A stretch of 64,000 bases of DNA from Bacteroidota bacterium (GTDB taxonomy: Bacteria; Bacteroidota; Bacteroidia; UKL13-3). The position numbers and the translations under genes were made by a program. Under the pieces are notes generated by a model. The model ran no database searches and had not been told where the DNA came from. It saw nothing but the letters and a program-made list of their open reading frames with translations. The stretch is from the NCBI GenBank assembly GCA_040387195.1, contig JAZKEF010000027.1:113831-177830 (forward strand), in the 5' to 3' direction. Below are positions 55,217-64,000 of this stretch, one piece after another (positions within the stretch are counted from its first letter, which is position 1; the number at the start of each line of letters is the position of its first letter).

Positions 55217-56530
55217 ATGACACAAACAACATCTCGTTTGCCTTACAAGGTAAAAGACATTTCCCTAGCAGAATGGGGACGCAAAGAAATTAAATTGGCA
55301 GAAGCTGAAATGCCTGGTTTGATGAGTATCCGTAAGGAATATGGTCCTCAACAACCACTGAAGGGTGCGCGCATTGCAGGCTGTCTGCACATGACCATCC
55401 AAACTGCTGTTTTAATTGAAACCTTAAAAGCTTTGGGTGCTGAAGTAACCTGGAGTTCTTGCAATATTTTCTCAACCCAGGATCACGCTGCTGCTGCTAT
55501 TGCTGCTGCAGGTATCCCTGTTTATGCATGGAAAGGTCAGAACGAAGAGGAATTTGACTGGTGTATCGAGCAAACATTAACTGCATTTGAAGGCGGAAAA
55601 GCATTGAATATGATTTTGGATGACGGAGGTGATTTGACCAATATGGTTTTTGACCGCTTTCCTGAAATGACTGCTGATATCAAAGGTCTATCGGAAGAAA
55701 CCACTACCGGAGTTCACCGCTTATATGAGCGTATGAAAAAGGGTACGTTGGTAATGCCGGCCATCAATGTGAACGATTCTGTTACCAAATCTAAATTTGA
55801 CAACAAATACGGATGTAAAGAATCATTGGTTGATGCTATCCGCAGAGCTACCGATATTATGATGGCAGGTAAAGTTGCTGTTGTTGCCGGTTACGGTGAT
55901 GTAGGAAAAGGTTCGGCAGAATCATTGCGCGGTGCAGGTGCACGTGTATTGGTTACCGAAATCGATCCGATCTGTGCGTTGCAGGCTGCAATGGACGGAT
56001 TTGAAGTAGTTACCATGGAAGAAGCCTGTACCCGTGCAAATATCTTTGTAACGGCTACCGGAAACGTGAACATCATCACTGATCGTCACTTCAAAGCCAT
56101 GCGCGATAAATCAATCGTATGTAATATCGGTCACTTCGACAACGAAATTGATATGGCATGGTTGAACAAAAACTTTGGTGCAACTAAAAATACCATCAAA
56201 CCTCAGGTTGACATTTACAATGTTGAAGGACATGAAGTAATTATCCTTGCTGAAGGTCGTTTGGTAAACTTAGGTTGCGCTATGGGTCACCCATCATTTG
56301 TAATGAGTAACTCATTCTCAAACCAAACATTGGCACAAATCGAATTGTGGACCAATACATCTGCATACGAAAACAAAGTGTATGTATTGCCTAAACACCT
56401 TGATGAAAAAGTTGCTTCATTGCACCTGGCTCATATCGGTGCTACTTTAACGAAACTTTCTAAAGAACAAGCTGATTACATCGGTGTAGCTGCAGAGGGT
56501 CCGTTTAAAGCCGAAATGTACAGATACTAA
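55217..56530 (+). CDS. ahcY: Adenosylhomocysteinase
   Basis: 437 aa. [19 protein letters not shown] motif [20 protein letters not shown]-terminal YRY. Confidence 0.97.
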   Translation: MTQTTSRLPYKVKDISLAEWGRKEIKLAEAEMPGLMSIRKEYGPQQPLKGARIAGCLHMTIQTAVLIETLKALGAEVTWSSCNIFSTQDHAAAAIAAAGIPVYAWKGQNEEEFDWCIEQTLTAFEGGKALNMILDDGGDLTNMVFDRFPEMTADIKGLSEETTTGVHRLYERMKKGTLVMPAINVNDSVTKSKFDNKYGCKESLVDAIRRATDIMMAGKVAVVAGYGDVGKGSAESLRGAGARVLVTEIDPICALQAAMDGFEVVTMEEACTRANIFVTATGNVNIITDRHFKAMRDKSIVCNIGHFDNEIDMAWLNKNFGATKNTIKPQVDIYNVEGHEVIILAEGRLVNLGCAMGHPSFVMSNSFSNQTLAQIELWTNTSAYENKVYVLPKHLDEKVASLHLAHIGATLTKLSKEQADYIGVAAEGPFKAEMYRY

Positions 56531-56576
56531 GAAGAAATTGAGAATTCGTAATTGCGAATTGAAAATTTCAATAGCT

Positions 56577-56611
56577 AAAAAAAGTCAATCCTCACGGATT
56601 GACTTTTTTTG
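56577..56611. terminator. Bidirectional terminator between ahcY and the lpxR-like gene
   Basis: AAAAAAAGTCAATCC-TCAC-GGATTGACTTTTTTT, a perfect 9-bp stem flanked by an A-run and a T-run. Confidence 0.8.
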
Positions 56612-57538
56612 TTAGAAGCAGAATGAAATATTACAGTGGCCCCAGCCGTGAGAAAGTCCGTTTTTGTATTCCGGGGAAATGTGAATTTTGGTGTATTCCA
56701 ATTGTAAACGTTTATATGCAATTATAATTCCGTAGCTGCCTTGCAACACCCATCTTTTAATGGATGACGAGGGTAAGGTGTAAGTACTTTCACTGAACAA
56801 CCCTCCCTGCATGGTTGCATTATAGGCTACTGCTTTGCCTGAAGCCCTTGTAAAACCATAACACTGAATCTTTCTGGAGCCTTCGCTTTTTGTAATACCC
56901 AAATTGGAGAAATAATCATTCATCAACCCTACCCTGATCATTGTGCCCATTGAGGCATCTGTATATATTGTCCCCGCTCTTGCTTGTGTAAATCCGGTAA
57001 GTGTTACATGATGTTGGTGAACGATTCCTTTTTCCAACTGCGCAGTATAGTTCACTATCACATCATTGGCAATCTGGTATTCCCATCCCAATGGAAGAAT
57101 ATTGCCAATAGCCCTGTGAATACCCGTTTGCTCCTCCTTCCCTCCCACAACTGGGCCCATCATACCCAAATCAACCTGCGAAAATATGCGTGTACACTTT
57201 TCCCTGTTGAATATAATTGAAAACTGCGACACAAACATGGTTCCCGCATAAGGCCTATCTCCGTATGGAATCCGATCGATTCGAATACCGCTGGGTGTGA
57301 ATCCGTCACGCTCAATTGCTATTCCTGCATAGGCTGTCGAAACATATTGGGGATGCAACAACACATACCGAACAGGTGAATGCTGAAACACAGGAGCAAT
57401 ATATTCCAGCCGCACACCTTGTGTATAATACTGATCGGTGGCGCTGAAAAAATCATTATCGTAGCTAACGCGGATGAGGTGATCCTGTGCCAACAGTTGA
57501 AAAGGTAAACAATATACAAGCAGGATAAGGATACGCAT
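56612..57538 (-). CDS. Lipid A 3-O-deacylase LpxR-family outer-membrane protein (DUF2219)
   Basis: Start at 57536-57538 gives the signal MRILILLVYCLPFQLLAQ. YDNDFFSATDQYYTQGVRLEY is the LpxR-family N-terminal signature. Terminal ...NISFCF. Confidence 0.85.
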   Translation of the reverse strand: MRILILLVYCLPFQLLAQDHLIRVSYDNDFFSATDQYYTQGVRLEYIAPVFQHSPVRYVLLHPQYVSTAYAGIAIERDGFTPSGIRIDRIPYGDRPYAGTMFVSQFSIIFNREKCTRIFSQVDLGMMGPVVGGKEEQTGIHRAIGNILPLGWEYQIANDVIVNYTAQLEKGIVHQHHVTLTGFTQARAGTIYTDASMGTMIRVGLMNDYFSNLGITKSEGSRKIQCYGFTRASGKAVAYNATMQGGLFSESTYTLPSSSIKRWVLQGSYGIIIAYKRLQLEYTKIHISPEYKNGLSHGWGHCNISFCF

Positions 57539-57625
57539 TGTACAATATACGTAGTTTCCATACAGCACAGTTTGTTTATAAAAATAACCCATAGGCTCTG
57601 CACTTTTTCGGATATTCGAACCATC

Positions 57626-58969
57626 ATGCAAGACGCCTCAACCAACCTTCAAAACAGTGAAATAGACTATAATAGTTCGCATTTTAAACGCACGTTTGAA
57701 GCGTTGGAGAATACCAATGAGAGCATCTTTATTACCGGGAAAGCGGGTACAGGTAAATCTACCCTGCTCAGGCATTTTGTTAAAAACACCAAAAAGCAGG
57801 TGGTGGTATTGGCACCTACAGGCATTGCGGCCATTAATGTCGGAGGCAGCACAGTGCATTCCTTTTTCAGGCTTCCCTTTCGCCCTATTGTGCAGGATGA
57901 TGAGGAGATCCATCGTTTTTCAAAAGCAACTGATAAGTTTAAAATCCTCCATAAACTTGATACACTCATTATTGATGAGGTATCTATGTTACGTGCCGAC
58001 CTGATTGATGCAATCGACCAATCACTGCGCGTAAACGGTGGTGATCCGAGTAAACCTTTTGGTGGTAAACAGGTCATCTTTTTCGGGGACCTGTTTCAGT
58101 TGGAACCGGTAGTGCAAAACAATGAAGTGGAGCGATACCTGTTTACTGAATACTACAACAGCCATTATTTTTTTGATGCCCGTGTGTTTCGCGAATTGCA
58201 TCTGAGCTGTATTGAACTCAGAAAAGTATACCGTCAGTCGGACCCGGATTTTATTGCATTGCTGGATTCCATCAGATTGAAAAAAGCAGGCGACAGTGAC
58301 CTGGAAAGACTAAACAGCCGTATAGATCGCTATTTTGAACCGACAACGGATGATCTATGTGTAACGCTTTGCACACGCAACAATACAGCAGCCGGCATCA
58401 ACGAATTTAACTTGAGCAAACTGGGAAGTGTGGAGTATGTATTCAAAGGAATTGTGGAAAATGAATTTAGCATGAAGCAACTACCTACAGAAGAGGTATT
58501 GGTTTTAAAAGAAGGTGCGCAGGTTATTTTTATTAAGAACCACGAAACCCGAAAATGGGTAAATGGAACCATCGCAAAAGTACACAAACTTGCACCCGAT
58601 AAAATTGAAGTAGAGCTGGCCAATGGCGACATTGAGGAAGTGAGAATGGAGACCTGGGAAAACAAATTGTATAAGTGGGATGCCATGAACCGCAGGGTTA
58701 AAAGTGAAGTGATCGGGACGTTTAAACAGTTTCCCATCAAACTTGCATGGGCTATCACTATTCATAAAAGCCAGGGATTAACCTTTGATAAAATGATTCT
58801 GGAAATGGGTGGTGGTACTTTTGCGCATGGACAATTGTATGTTGCTCTAAGCAGGTGCCGCACTTTTGAAGGGTTGATTCTACGCGAACCGATACGGTAT
58901 AAGGATATTATTATCGATGATAGGGTGATCAAGTTTGCTAAAGAGTTTGCTTCGCTGGAAGACGCTTAG
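57626..58969 (+). CDS. Pif1/RecD-family SF1B DNA helicase
   Basis: Walker A GKAGTGKST, LIIDEVSML, the Pif1 signature-like FGGKQVIFFGDLFQLEPV, C-terminal ITIHKSQGLTFD and LYVALSR. Confidence 0.9.
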   Translation: MQDASTNLQNSEIDYNSSHFKRTFEALENTNESIFITGKAGTGKSTLLRHFVKNTKKQVVVLAPTGIAAINVGGSTVHSFFRLPFRPIVQDDEEIHRFSKATDKFKILHKLDTLIIDEVSMLRADLIDAIDQSLRVNGGDPSKPFGGKQVIFFGDLFQLEPVVQNNEVERYLFTEYYNSHYFFDARVFRELHLSCIELRKVYRQSDPDFIALLDSIRLKKAGDSDLERLNSRIDRYFEPTTDDLCVTLCTRNNTAAGINEFNLSKLGSVEYVFKGIVENEFSMKQLPTEEVLVLKEGAQVIFIKNHETRKWVNGTIAKVHKLAPDKIEVELANGDIEEVRMETWENKLYKWDAMNRRVKSEVIGTFKQFPIKLAWAITIHKSQGLTFDKMILEMGGGTFAHGQLYVALSRCRTFEGLILREPIRYKDIIIDDRVIKFAKEFASLEDA

Positions 58970-59217
58970 GGGAGAAATTCGAAATAATTAATGGATAAAA
59001 AATACTGAATATCTAAAATGGAAATTGATTGCGCTGATTGGTTTTACTGCTCCAAATGAAATTTGATTTAACCGCAGCGATAGCAGCGACATAGACTTTG
59101 GGGACACAACGGCCACAGCGATTCATTTTCTAAATTATGCGTGACAATACTCTGTGGACTTTGTGCTTCTTGGTATTTTTCTCTGTGTGAAACTCACAAA
59201 AGTGTTCTCACAGCTGA

Positions 59218-59240
59218 CCGCGGACTGCCAACTGCTGACC
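59218..59240. repeat. Short-period intergenic repeat, CGGACTGCC family (second locus)
   Basis: ccgcggactgccaactgctgacc. 19 of the first 21 nt are identical to 13570-13590, and ctgccaactgct recurs at 49549-49560. Confidence 0.55.
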
Positions 59241-59252
59241 CCTCTTTCTCAA

Positions 59253-60191
59253 CTATACATCTCTAAAATGCCCTTTCAAAAAATCCTGATAGGCAATTGC
59301 AATTCCTTCTTCTAAATTGATTTTTGGTTTCCAACCCATGCTGCGCAGTTTGGTTGCATCCATTAGTTTGCGGGGTGTTCCATCGGGTTTGCTTACGTCA
59401 AAGCGAATCTCACCTTCATAACCCACTACCTTTTTTACGAGATCAGTTAAGTCCTTGATGGAGATATCTTCCCCATAACCAACATTCACAAATTGCTTTT
59501 CATTGTATTGCTCCATCAGCATAAAACACGCATCGGCAACATCATCTACAAATAAAAATTCACGTAATGGCGTACCCGTTCCCCATGCTTCGATTACGGG
59601 TGTTTTATTTTCTTTTGCTTCATGAATTCTGCGGATCAAAGCGGGTAGTACATGCGAATGGTTGGGATGGTAATTATCGCCATATCCATACAAATTGGTT
59701 GGCATTACCGAAATAAAATTACATCCGTATTGATCGCGATAACTTTCACATAGTTTGATACCGGCAATCTTGGCAATAGCATATGGTTCATTGGTGTATT
59801 CCAACTCCCCCGTTAACAGGTAATCCTCCTTTAACGGTTGGGGGGCCAATTTCGGATAAATGCATGATGATCCGAAGAACATGAGTTTTTTAACCCCCTT
59901 TAGATATGACTGGTGAATAATATTCGACTCAATCATCAGGTTAAGATAAATAAAATCAGCACGATAAGTATTGTTGGCAACAATCCCACCCACTTTAGCG
60001 GCAGCCAAAAAAACGTAATCCGGTTTTTCCTTGTCAAAAAAATCTGCAACAGCTTGCTGATTGCTTAAGTCAAGTTCCTTCGATGTACGAACGATGATGT
60101 TGGTATATCCTTCCTTCACCAGTTTTCGATGCATGGCAGAACCAACCATTCCTTTATGTCCTGCGATGTATATTTTTGCGTTCTTTTCCAT
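59253..60191 (-). CDS. fcl: GDP-L-fucose synthase
   Basis: 312 aa. [13 protein letters not shown] Rossmann motif, [14 protein letters not shown] (YxxxK). Confidence 0.95.
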   Translation of the reverse strand: MEKNAKIYIAGHKGMVGSAMHRKLVKEGYTNIIVRTSKELDLSNQQAVADFFDKEKPDYVFLAAAKVGGIVANNTYRADFIYLNLMIESNIIHQSYLKGVKKLMFFGSSCIYPKLAPQPLKEDYLLTGELEYTNEPYAIAKIAGIKLCESYRDQYGCNFISVMPTNLYGYGDNYHPNHSHVLPALIRRIHEAKENKTPVIEAWGTGTPLREFLFVDDVADACFMLMEQYNEKQFVNVGYGEDISIKDLTDLVKKVVGYEGEIRFDVSKPDGTPRKLMDATKLRSMGWKPKINLEEGIAIAYQDFLKGHFRDV

Positions 60192-60259
60192 GTTAGCAAT
60201 TGGCTGTTGGCCGCTGGCGTTTTGCTAATAATAATTACCAATCGCCAACAACTCTTCCA

Positions 60260-61396
60260 TTATTCGAAATAGTTAAGTGTTTTAAATCCAGATGTTTTTA
60301 AGAAGAGTTCTTTTTTCATCAATTTTAAATCCCCTTTCATCATATCCTTTACCAATGCAGGCAAGTCATACTTTGGTTTCCAGTTGAGTTTGGTTTGTGC
60401 TTTGGTTGGATCTCCAATCAACAAGTCCACCTCCGTAGGACGATAGTAACGCTGATCAACAGCTACAATTTCCTGACCTACCTTTAAATGGCAGGAAGAA
60501 ATTTCCAATTCTTTCAAGCGGGTTTCGTCTATCGATTCTACAAAACCAATTTCATTTTCATCCTTCCCTTTAAAAGCTAGTGTGATCCCTACATCCTTAA
60601 AACTCATTTTTACAAACTCACGCACCGGTGTAGTAACTCCAGTTGCTATAACATAATCTTCAGGTTTTTCCTGTTGCAAAATAAGATACATAGCCTCTAC
60701 ATAATCCTTTGCATGTCCCCAATCGCGCTGTGCATTCAGGTTTCCCAAGAATACTTTATCCTGCATGCCCAACACAATCTTTGCTGCCGCACGCGTAATT
60801 TTCCTGGTTACAAATGTTTCTCCGCGAATCGGACTTTCATGGTTAAACAAAATTCCATTGCAGGCATACATGCCATATGCTTCACGGTAATTTACCGTAA
60901 TCCAGTAAGCATACATTTTAGCAACTGCATACGGAGAACGTGGATAGAATGGCGTTGTTTCACTTTGTGGAACGGCCTGAACCAATCCATATAACTCAGA
61001 CGTTGATGCCTGGTACACTTTCGTTTTGTTGGTTAATCCACAAATGCGCAATGCCTCCAAAATCCTTAATGTGCCAATACCATCTGCATTGGCTGTATAC
61101 TCGGGTTCCTCAAAACTAACCTGCACATGACTCATCGCAGCAAGGTTATAAATTTCATCCGGTTGCGTTTCCTGTATGATGCGGATCAGGTTGGTGGAGT
61201 CCGTTAAATCGCCATAGTGCAATTTTAAATTCACATTACGTTCATGTGGATCCTGGTACAAATGGTCAATTCTATCGGTATTGAACATCGAACTTCTGCG
61301 TTTGATGCCATGTACAAAATATCCTTTGTTCAGCAAAAACTCCGCTAAGTATGCTCCGTCCTGTCCTGTTATTCCTGTTATAAGTGCTACTTTCAT
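60260..61396 (-). CDS. gmd: GDP-mannose 4,6-dehydratase
   Basis: [48 protein letters not shown]. An alternative start at 61411 is possible. Confidence 0.96.
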   Translation of the reverse strand: MKVALITGITGQDGAYLAEFLLNKGYFVHGIKRRSSMFNTDRIDHLYQDPHERNVNLKLHYGDLTDSTNLIRIIQETQPDEIYNLAAMSHVQVSFEEPEYTANADGIGTLRILEALRICGLTNKTKVYQASTSELYGLVQAVPQSETTPFYPRSPYAVAKMYAYWITVNYREAYGMYACNGILFNHESPIRGETFVTRKITRAAAKIVLGMQDKVFLGNLNAQRDWGHAKDYVEAMYLILQQEKPEDYVIATGVTTPVREFVKMSFKDVGITLAFKGKDENEIGFVESIDETRLKELEISSCHLKVGQEIVAVDQRYYRPTEVDLLIGDPTKAQTKLNWKPKYDLPALVKDMMKGDLKLMKKELFLKTSGFKTLNYFE

Positions 61397-61492
61397 ATCT
61401 TTTGTTACCATTTAATTTTAACTGGCACGATAAATCGTGACGCTACATTCTTTTGAATTTCGGATTTAAATAATTTGAACTTATTTTGGCAT

Positions 61493-61978
61493 TTATGCCT
61501 CTTCAAAAAATCCGGTTTGCCTGTTCTTTTTTACATTGTCCCAATTAAAGTATTTACCATTCATTGCAACATATACTCCATGGGGCAATGTTTGTGCAAA
61601 GGCTAATGCACTTCCCAGGTTAAAGAGTCCGTCACTTGATCCAAATTTGTATGGAATCATCGCTCCGGTAATAACGATGGTTTTATCCATAATATTTTCT
61701 GCCAATACTTTTGCCGTTATCGTCATGGTATCGGTTCCGTGGGTAATCACGATGCGATCCTCCTCAGCACGCTTGCAACTTTCGACAATAATACTGCGGT
61801 CGGTGTCGGTCATCTCCAGACTATCTACCAGCATTAAAGTGCGGATGCTCATATCAACCTTACACCTTCCCAGTTTCAGAATCTCCTGAATATGGGTATC
61901 CTTAAAAAAAAGCTGACCGTTCAGCTCATTGTATTCCTTATCGAAAGTACCTCCGGTGACAAAAATTCTAACTGACAT
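61493..61978 (-). CDS. Asparaginase-domain protein (N-terminal domain only)
   Basis: 161 aa. VTGGTFDK (TGGT motif) and ITHGTDTM are asparaginase/glutaminase N-domain signatures. Confidence 0.8.
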   Translation of the reverse strand: MSVRIFVTGGTFDKEYNELNGQLFFKDTHIQEILKLGRCKVDMSIRTLMLVDSLEMTDTDRSIIVESCKRAEEDRIVITHGTDTMTITAKVLAENIMDKTIVITGAMIPYKFGSSDGLFNLGSALAFAQTLPHGVYVAMNGKYFNWDNVKKNRQTGFFEEA

Positions 61979-62080
61979 TATTGTGTATTTGTGCCGCGAA
62001 CTTAACGGAATTTTAACTTTTAACCATAAACCCAGTGGGCAAGATCAGAAAGGTCCGTTATCCTTCCACAAACCTCTGAG

Positions 62081-62171
62081 AACAGAGTAAAAAGGCTCGT
62101 TAACGGAGCACAGACCTTCATGAACGGAGTAAAAAGCTCTGTTAACGGAGCGCAGACCTTCGTTAACGGAG
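62081..62171. repeat. Phased array of five AAC(A/G)GAG motifs at exact 21-bp spacing (about 2.4 copies of a 42-nt tandem unit)
   Basis: Motif starts counted by hand at 62081, 62102, 62123, 62144 and 62165. The 42-nt units 62080-62121 and 62122-62163 match at 36/42 positions. Confidence 0.8.
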
Positions 62172-62324
62172 CAAAAAACATCAATAATCTGCACTTTTTT
62201 GAGGATTCATCATGAAATGACTTCCCATTATTCCTGACGTTTATCAGCCTTCGATTAATCCTAACGGTTATTCGCTTTTTTTACCGCTTAATTGTTAATA
62301 TTGTGATTCCATTATTTACGAGAA

Positions 62325-64000
62325 ATGAGTACAACAGAGACAACCCTGGAGTCGGTAGTTATAAGATTTGCAGGCGATTCGGGAGACGGAATGCAATTAA
62401 CCGGAACCCAATTTACCAATGCTGCCGCACTATTTGGAAATGATTTAGCCACGTTTCCTGATTTCCCTGCCGAAATCAGGGCTCCTATCGGAACACTTGC
62501 CGGTGTTTCGGGATACCAGATTCACTTTGGTTCAACCAAAATTAATACTCCCGGTGACGAGAGCGATGTATTGGTTGCAATGAATGTTGCGGCTTTAAAA
62601 GCTAACATCAAAAACCTGAAAAAAGGCGGTGTGATTATCGTGAACACGGATGGTTTTGATGCCAAAAACATGCGTTTGGCCAATGTGCCGGAAGATAAGA
62701 ATCCGCTGAAAGACGGAAGTCTGGACGGATATGACGTTAAAGAAATTGACGTTACCAAAATTACCCGTGCAGCCCTTGCCGACAGCGGACTTGGAACCAA
62801 GGAAATTGACCGTTGCAAAAATATGTTTGTGCTCGGTTTATTGTATTGGATGTACCAACGCCCGATTGAAAATACGATTGCGTTTCTTACCTCCAAGTTC
62901 AAGAAAAATCAAGCCGTTGCCGATGCAAATATCAAAGTATTGCAGGCCGGATGGAGTTATGGTGAAACAACAGAAATGTTTGCACAACGTTACACCGTTG
63001 CACCTGCCAAAATGGAACCCGGCATTTACCGCAGTATTATGGGAAACCAGGCTACTGCCTACGGTTTAATTGCTGCATCGGTAAAATCTACCTTGCCTTT
63101 ATTCTACGGAACATACCCTATCACTCCTGCATCGGATGTATTGCATGAGTTATCAAAATATAAAAATTTCAACATCAAAACCTTTCAGGCCGAAGATGAA
63201 ATTGCGGGCATTTGTGCTGCTATCGGATCAGCTTTTGGTGGACATTTAGCCATTACAGGTTCTTCGGGACCGGGTATTGCACTGAAAACGGAAGCCATTG
63301 GTTTGGCTACTATGCTTGAGTTACCATTAGTAATCGTGAATGTGCAGCGTGCCGGACCAAGTACTGGTTTGCCAACAAAAACGGAACAATCTGATTTGTT
63401 GCAATCGTATTATGGTAGAAATGGTGAATGTCCTGTTGTTATTCTGGCCGCTCAATCTCCTTCCGATTGTTTTACACTGGCATACGAAGCATGCCGAATT
63501 GCATTGGAACATATGATTCCGGTATTCTTTTTAAGTGATGGTTACATTGCCAATGGAGCCGAACCATGGAAATATCCAAATTCAGCCGACTTGCCTCCTA
63601 TCAGCGTTGCATTTGCCAAAGAGCGTAGTGCGAGTGATGATAAATTTATGCCATACATGAGAGATGAAAAATTATCTCGTCCATGGGCAGTACCCGGAAC
63701 AAAAGGGTTGGAACACCGCATTGGCGGATTGGAAAAACAAAACATCACCGGAAATATTTCTTATGATGCTGACAACCATGAACTGATGGTGAAACTGCGT
63801 CAGGAGAAAGTGGATCTGGTTGCAAACTATATTCCTGAACAAACCATTGACAACGGAGCCGATAGCGGAGATCTGTTAATTCTAGGCTGGGGTGGAACAT
63901 ATGGTGCACTGAAAACAGCAACCGCACAATTGATTGAAGAAGGTCATAAAGTTTCGCATGCACATGTTCGCTACATGAGTCCGTTCCCTAAAAATTTAGG
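62325..64000 (+). CDS. korA: 2-oxoacid (2-oxoglutarate):ferredoxin oxidoreductase alpha subunit, 5' part (runs off the right edge)
   Basis: Own translation: [54 protein letters not shown]..., then [13 protein letters not shown] and [23 protein letters not shown]. The frame is open to position 64000. Confidence 0.9.
   Translation, partial: MSTTETTLESVVIRFAGDSGDGMQLTGTQFTNAAALFGNDLATFPDFPAEIRAPIGTLAGVSGYQIHFGSTKINTPGDESDVLVAMNVAALKANIKNLKKGGVIIVNTDGFDAKNMRLANVPEDKNPLKDGSLDGYDVKEIDVTKITRAALADSGLGTKEIDRCKNMFVLGLLYWMYQRPIENTIAFLTSKFKKNQAVADANIKVLQAGWSYGETTEMFAQRYTVAPAKMEPGIYRSIMGNQATAYGLIAASVKSTLPLFYGTYPITPASDVLHELSKYKNFNIKTFQAEDEIAGICAAIGSAFGGHLAITGSSGPGIALKTEAIGLATMLELPLVIVNVQRAGPSTGLPTKTEQSDLLQSYYGRNGECPVVILAAQSPSDCFTLAYEACRIALEHMIPVFFLSDGYIANGAEPWKYPNSADLPPISVAFAKERSASDDKFMPYMRDEKLSRPWAVPGTKGLEHRIGGLEKQNITGNISYDADNHELMVKLRQEKVDLVANYIPEQTIDNGADSGDLLILGWGGTYGALKTATAQLIEEGHKVSHAHVRYMSPFPKNL

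Noticed and set aside
62081-62171. CRISPR-like interpretation of the tandem repeats upstream of korA
   Set aside because: The units are directly adjacent with no unique spacers, the period is 21/42 nt, there are only ~2.4 copies, and there are no cas genes. It is a tandem or iteron array, not a CRISPR.

Overview
This 64 kb window looks like chromosomal DNA from a member of the Bacteroidota. Supporting evidence: several secreted proteins end in T9SS-type C-terminal sorting domains, TAnnTTTG (-7) promoter boxes sit upstream of many genes and both tRNAs, Shine-Dalgarno sequences are almost absent, and the window carries LpxR, a Pif1-type helicase and LytTR regulators. I cannot place it below phylum level. 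Coding density is high and most genes are housekeeping: dnaB, etfBA, tcdA, icd, purD, rlmN, lysS, pdhB, pdxH, rdgB, ilvE, dcd, ispE, a Nif3/zinc-ribbon pair, ahcY, gmd-fcl and the 5' part of a 2-oxoacid:ferredoxin oxidoreductase alpha subunit. There are two tRNAs, Cys-GCA and Leu-CAA. I found no rRNA, CRISPR array, transposase, integrase or prophage genes, and I do not recognise a clear multi-gene defence or other obviously new system. The items most worth a second look are: (1) a 1104-aa protein with an M1 metallopeptidase domain fused to an Omp85-like C-terminal barrel, tightly packed with a GT-C-like membrane protein and a DinB protein; (2) five AAC(A/G)GAG motifs at exact 21-bp spacing in the divergent promoter region upstream of korA; (3) a 31-nt dispersed repeat with a palindromic core, plus several families of short-period intergenic repeats at gene boundaries; (4) a histidine-kinase-like protein with an intact H-box but a degenerate ATP-binding domain, coupled to one of two paralogous LytTR regulators; (5) a block of small detox/stress genes downstream of tRNA-Leu, one of which has an atypically strong SD. 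All homology calls come from reading the translations by eye. No database search was run.
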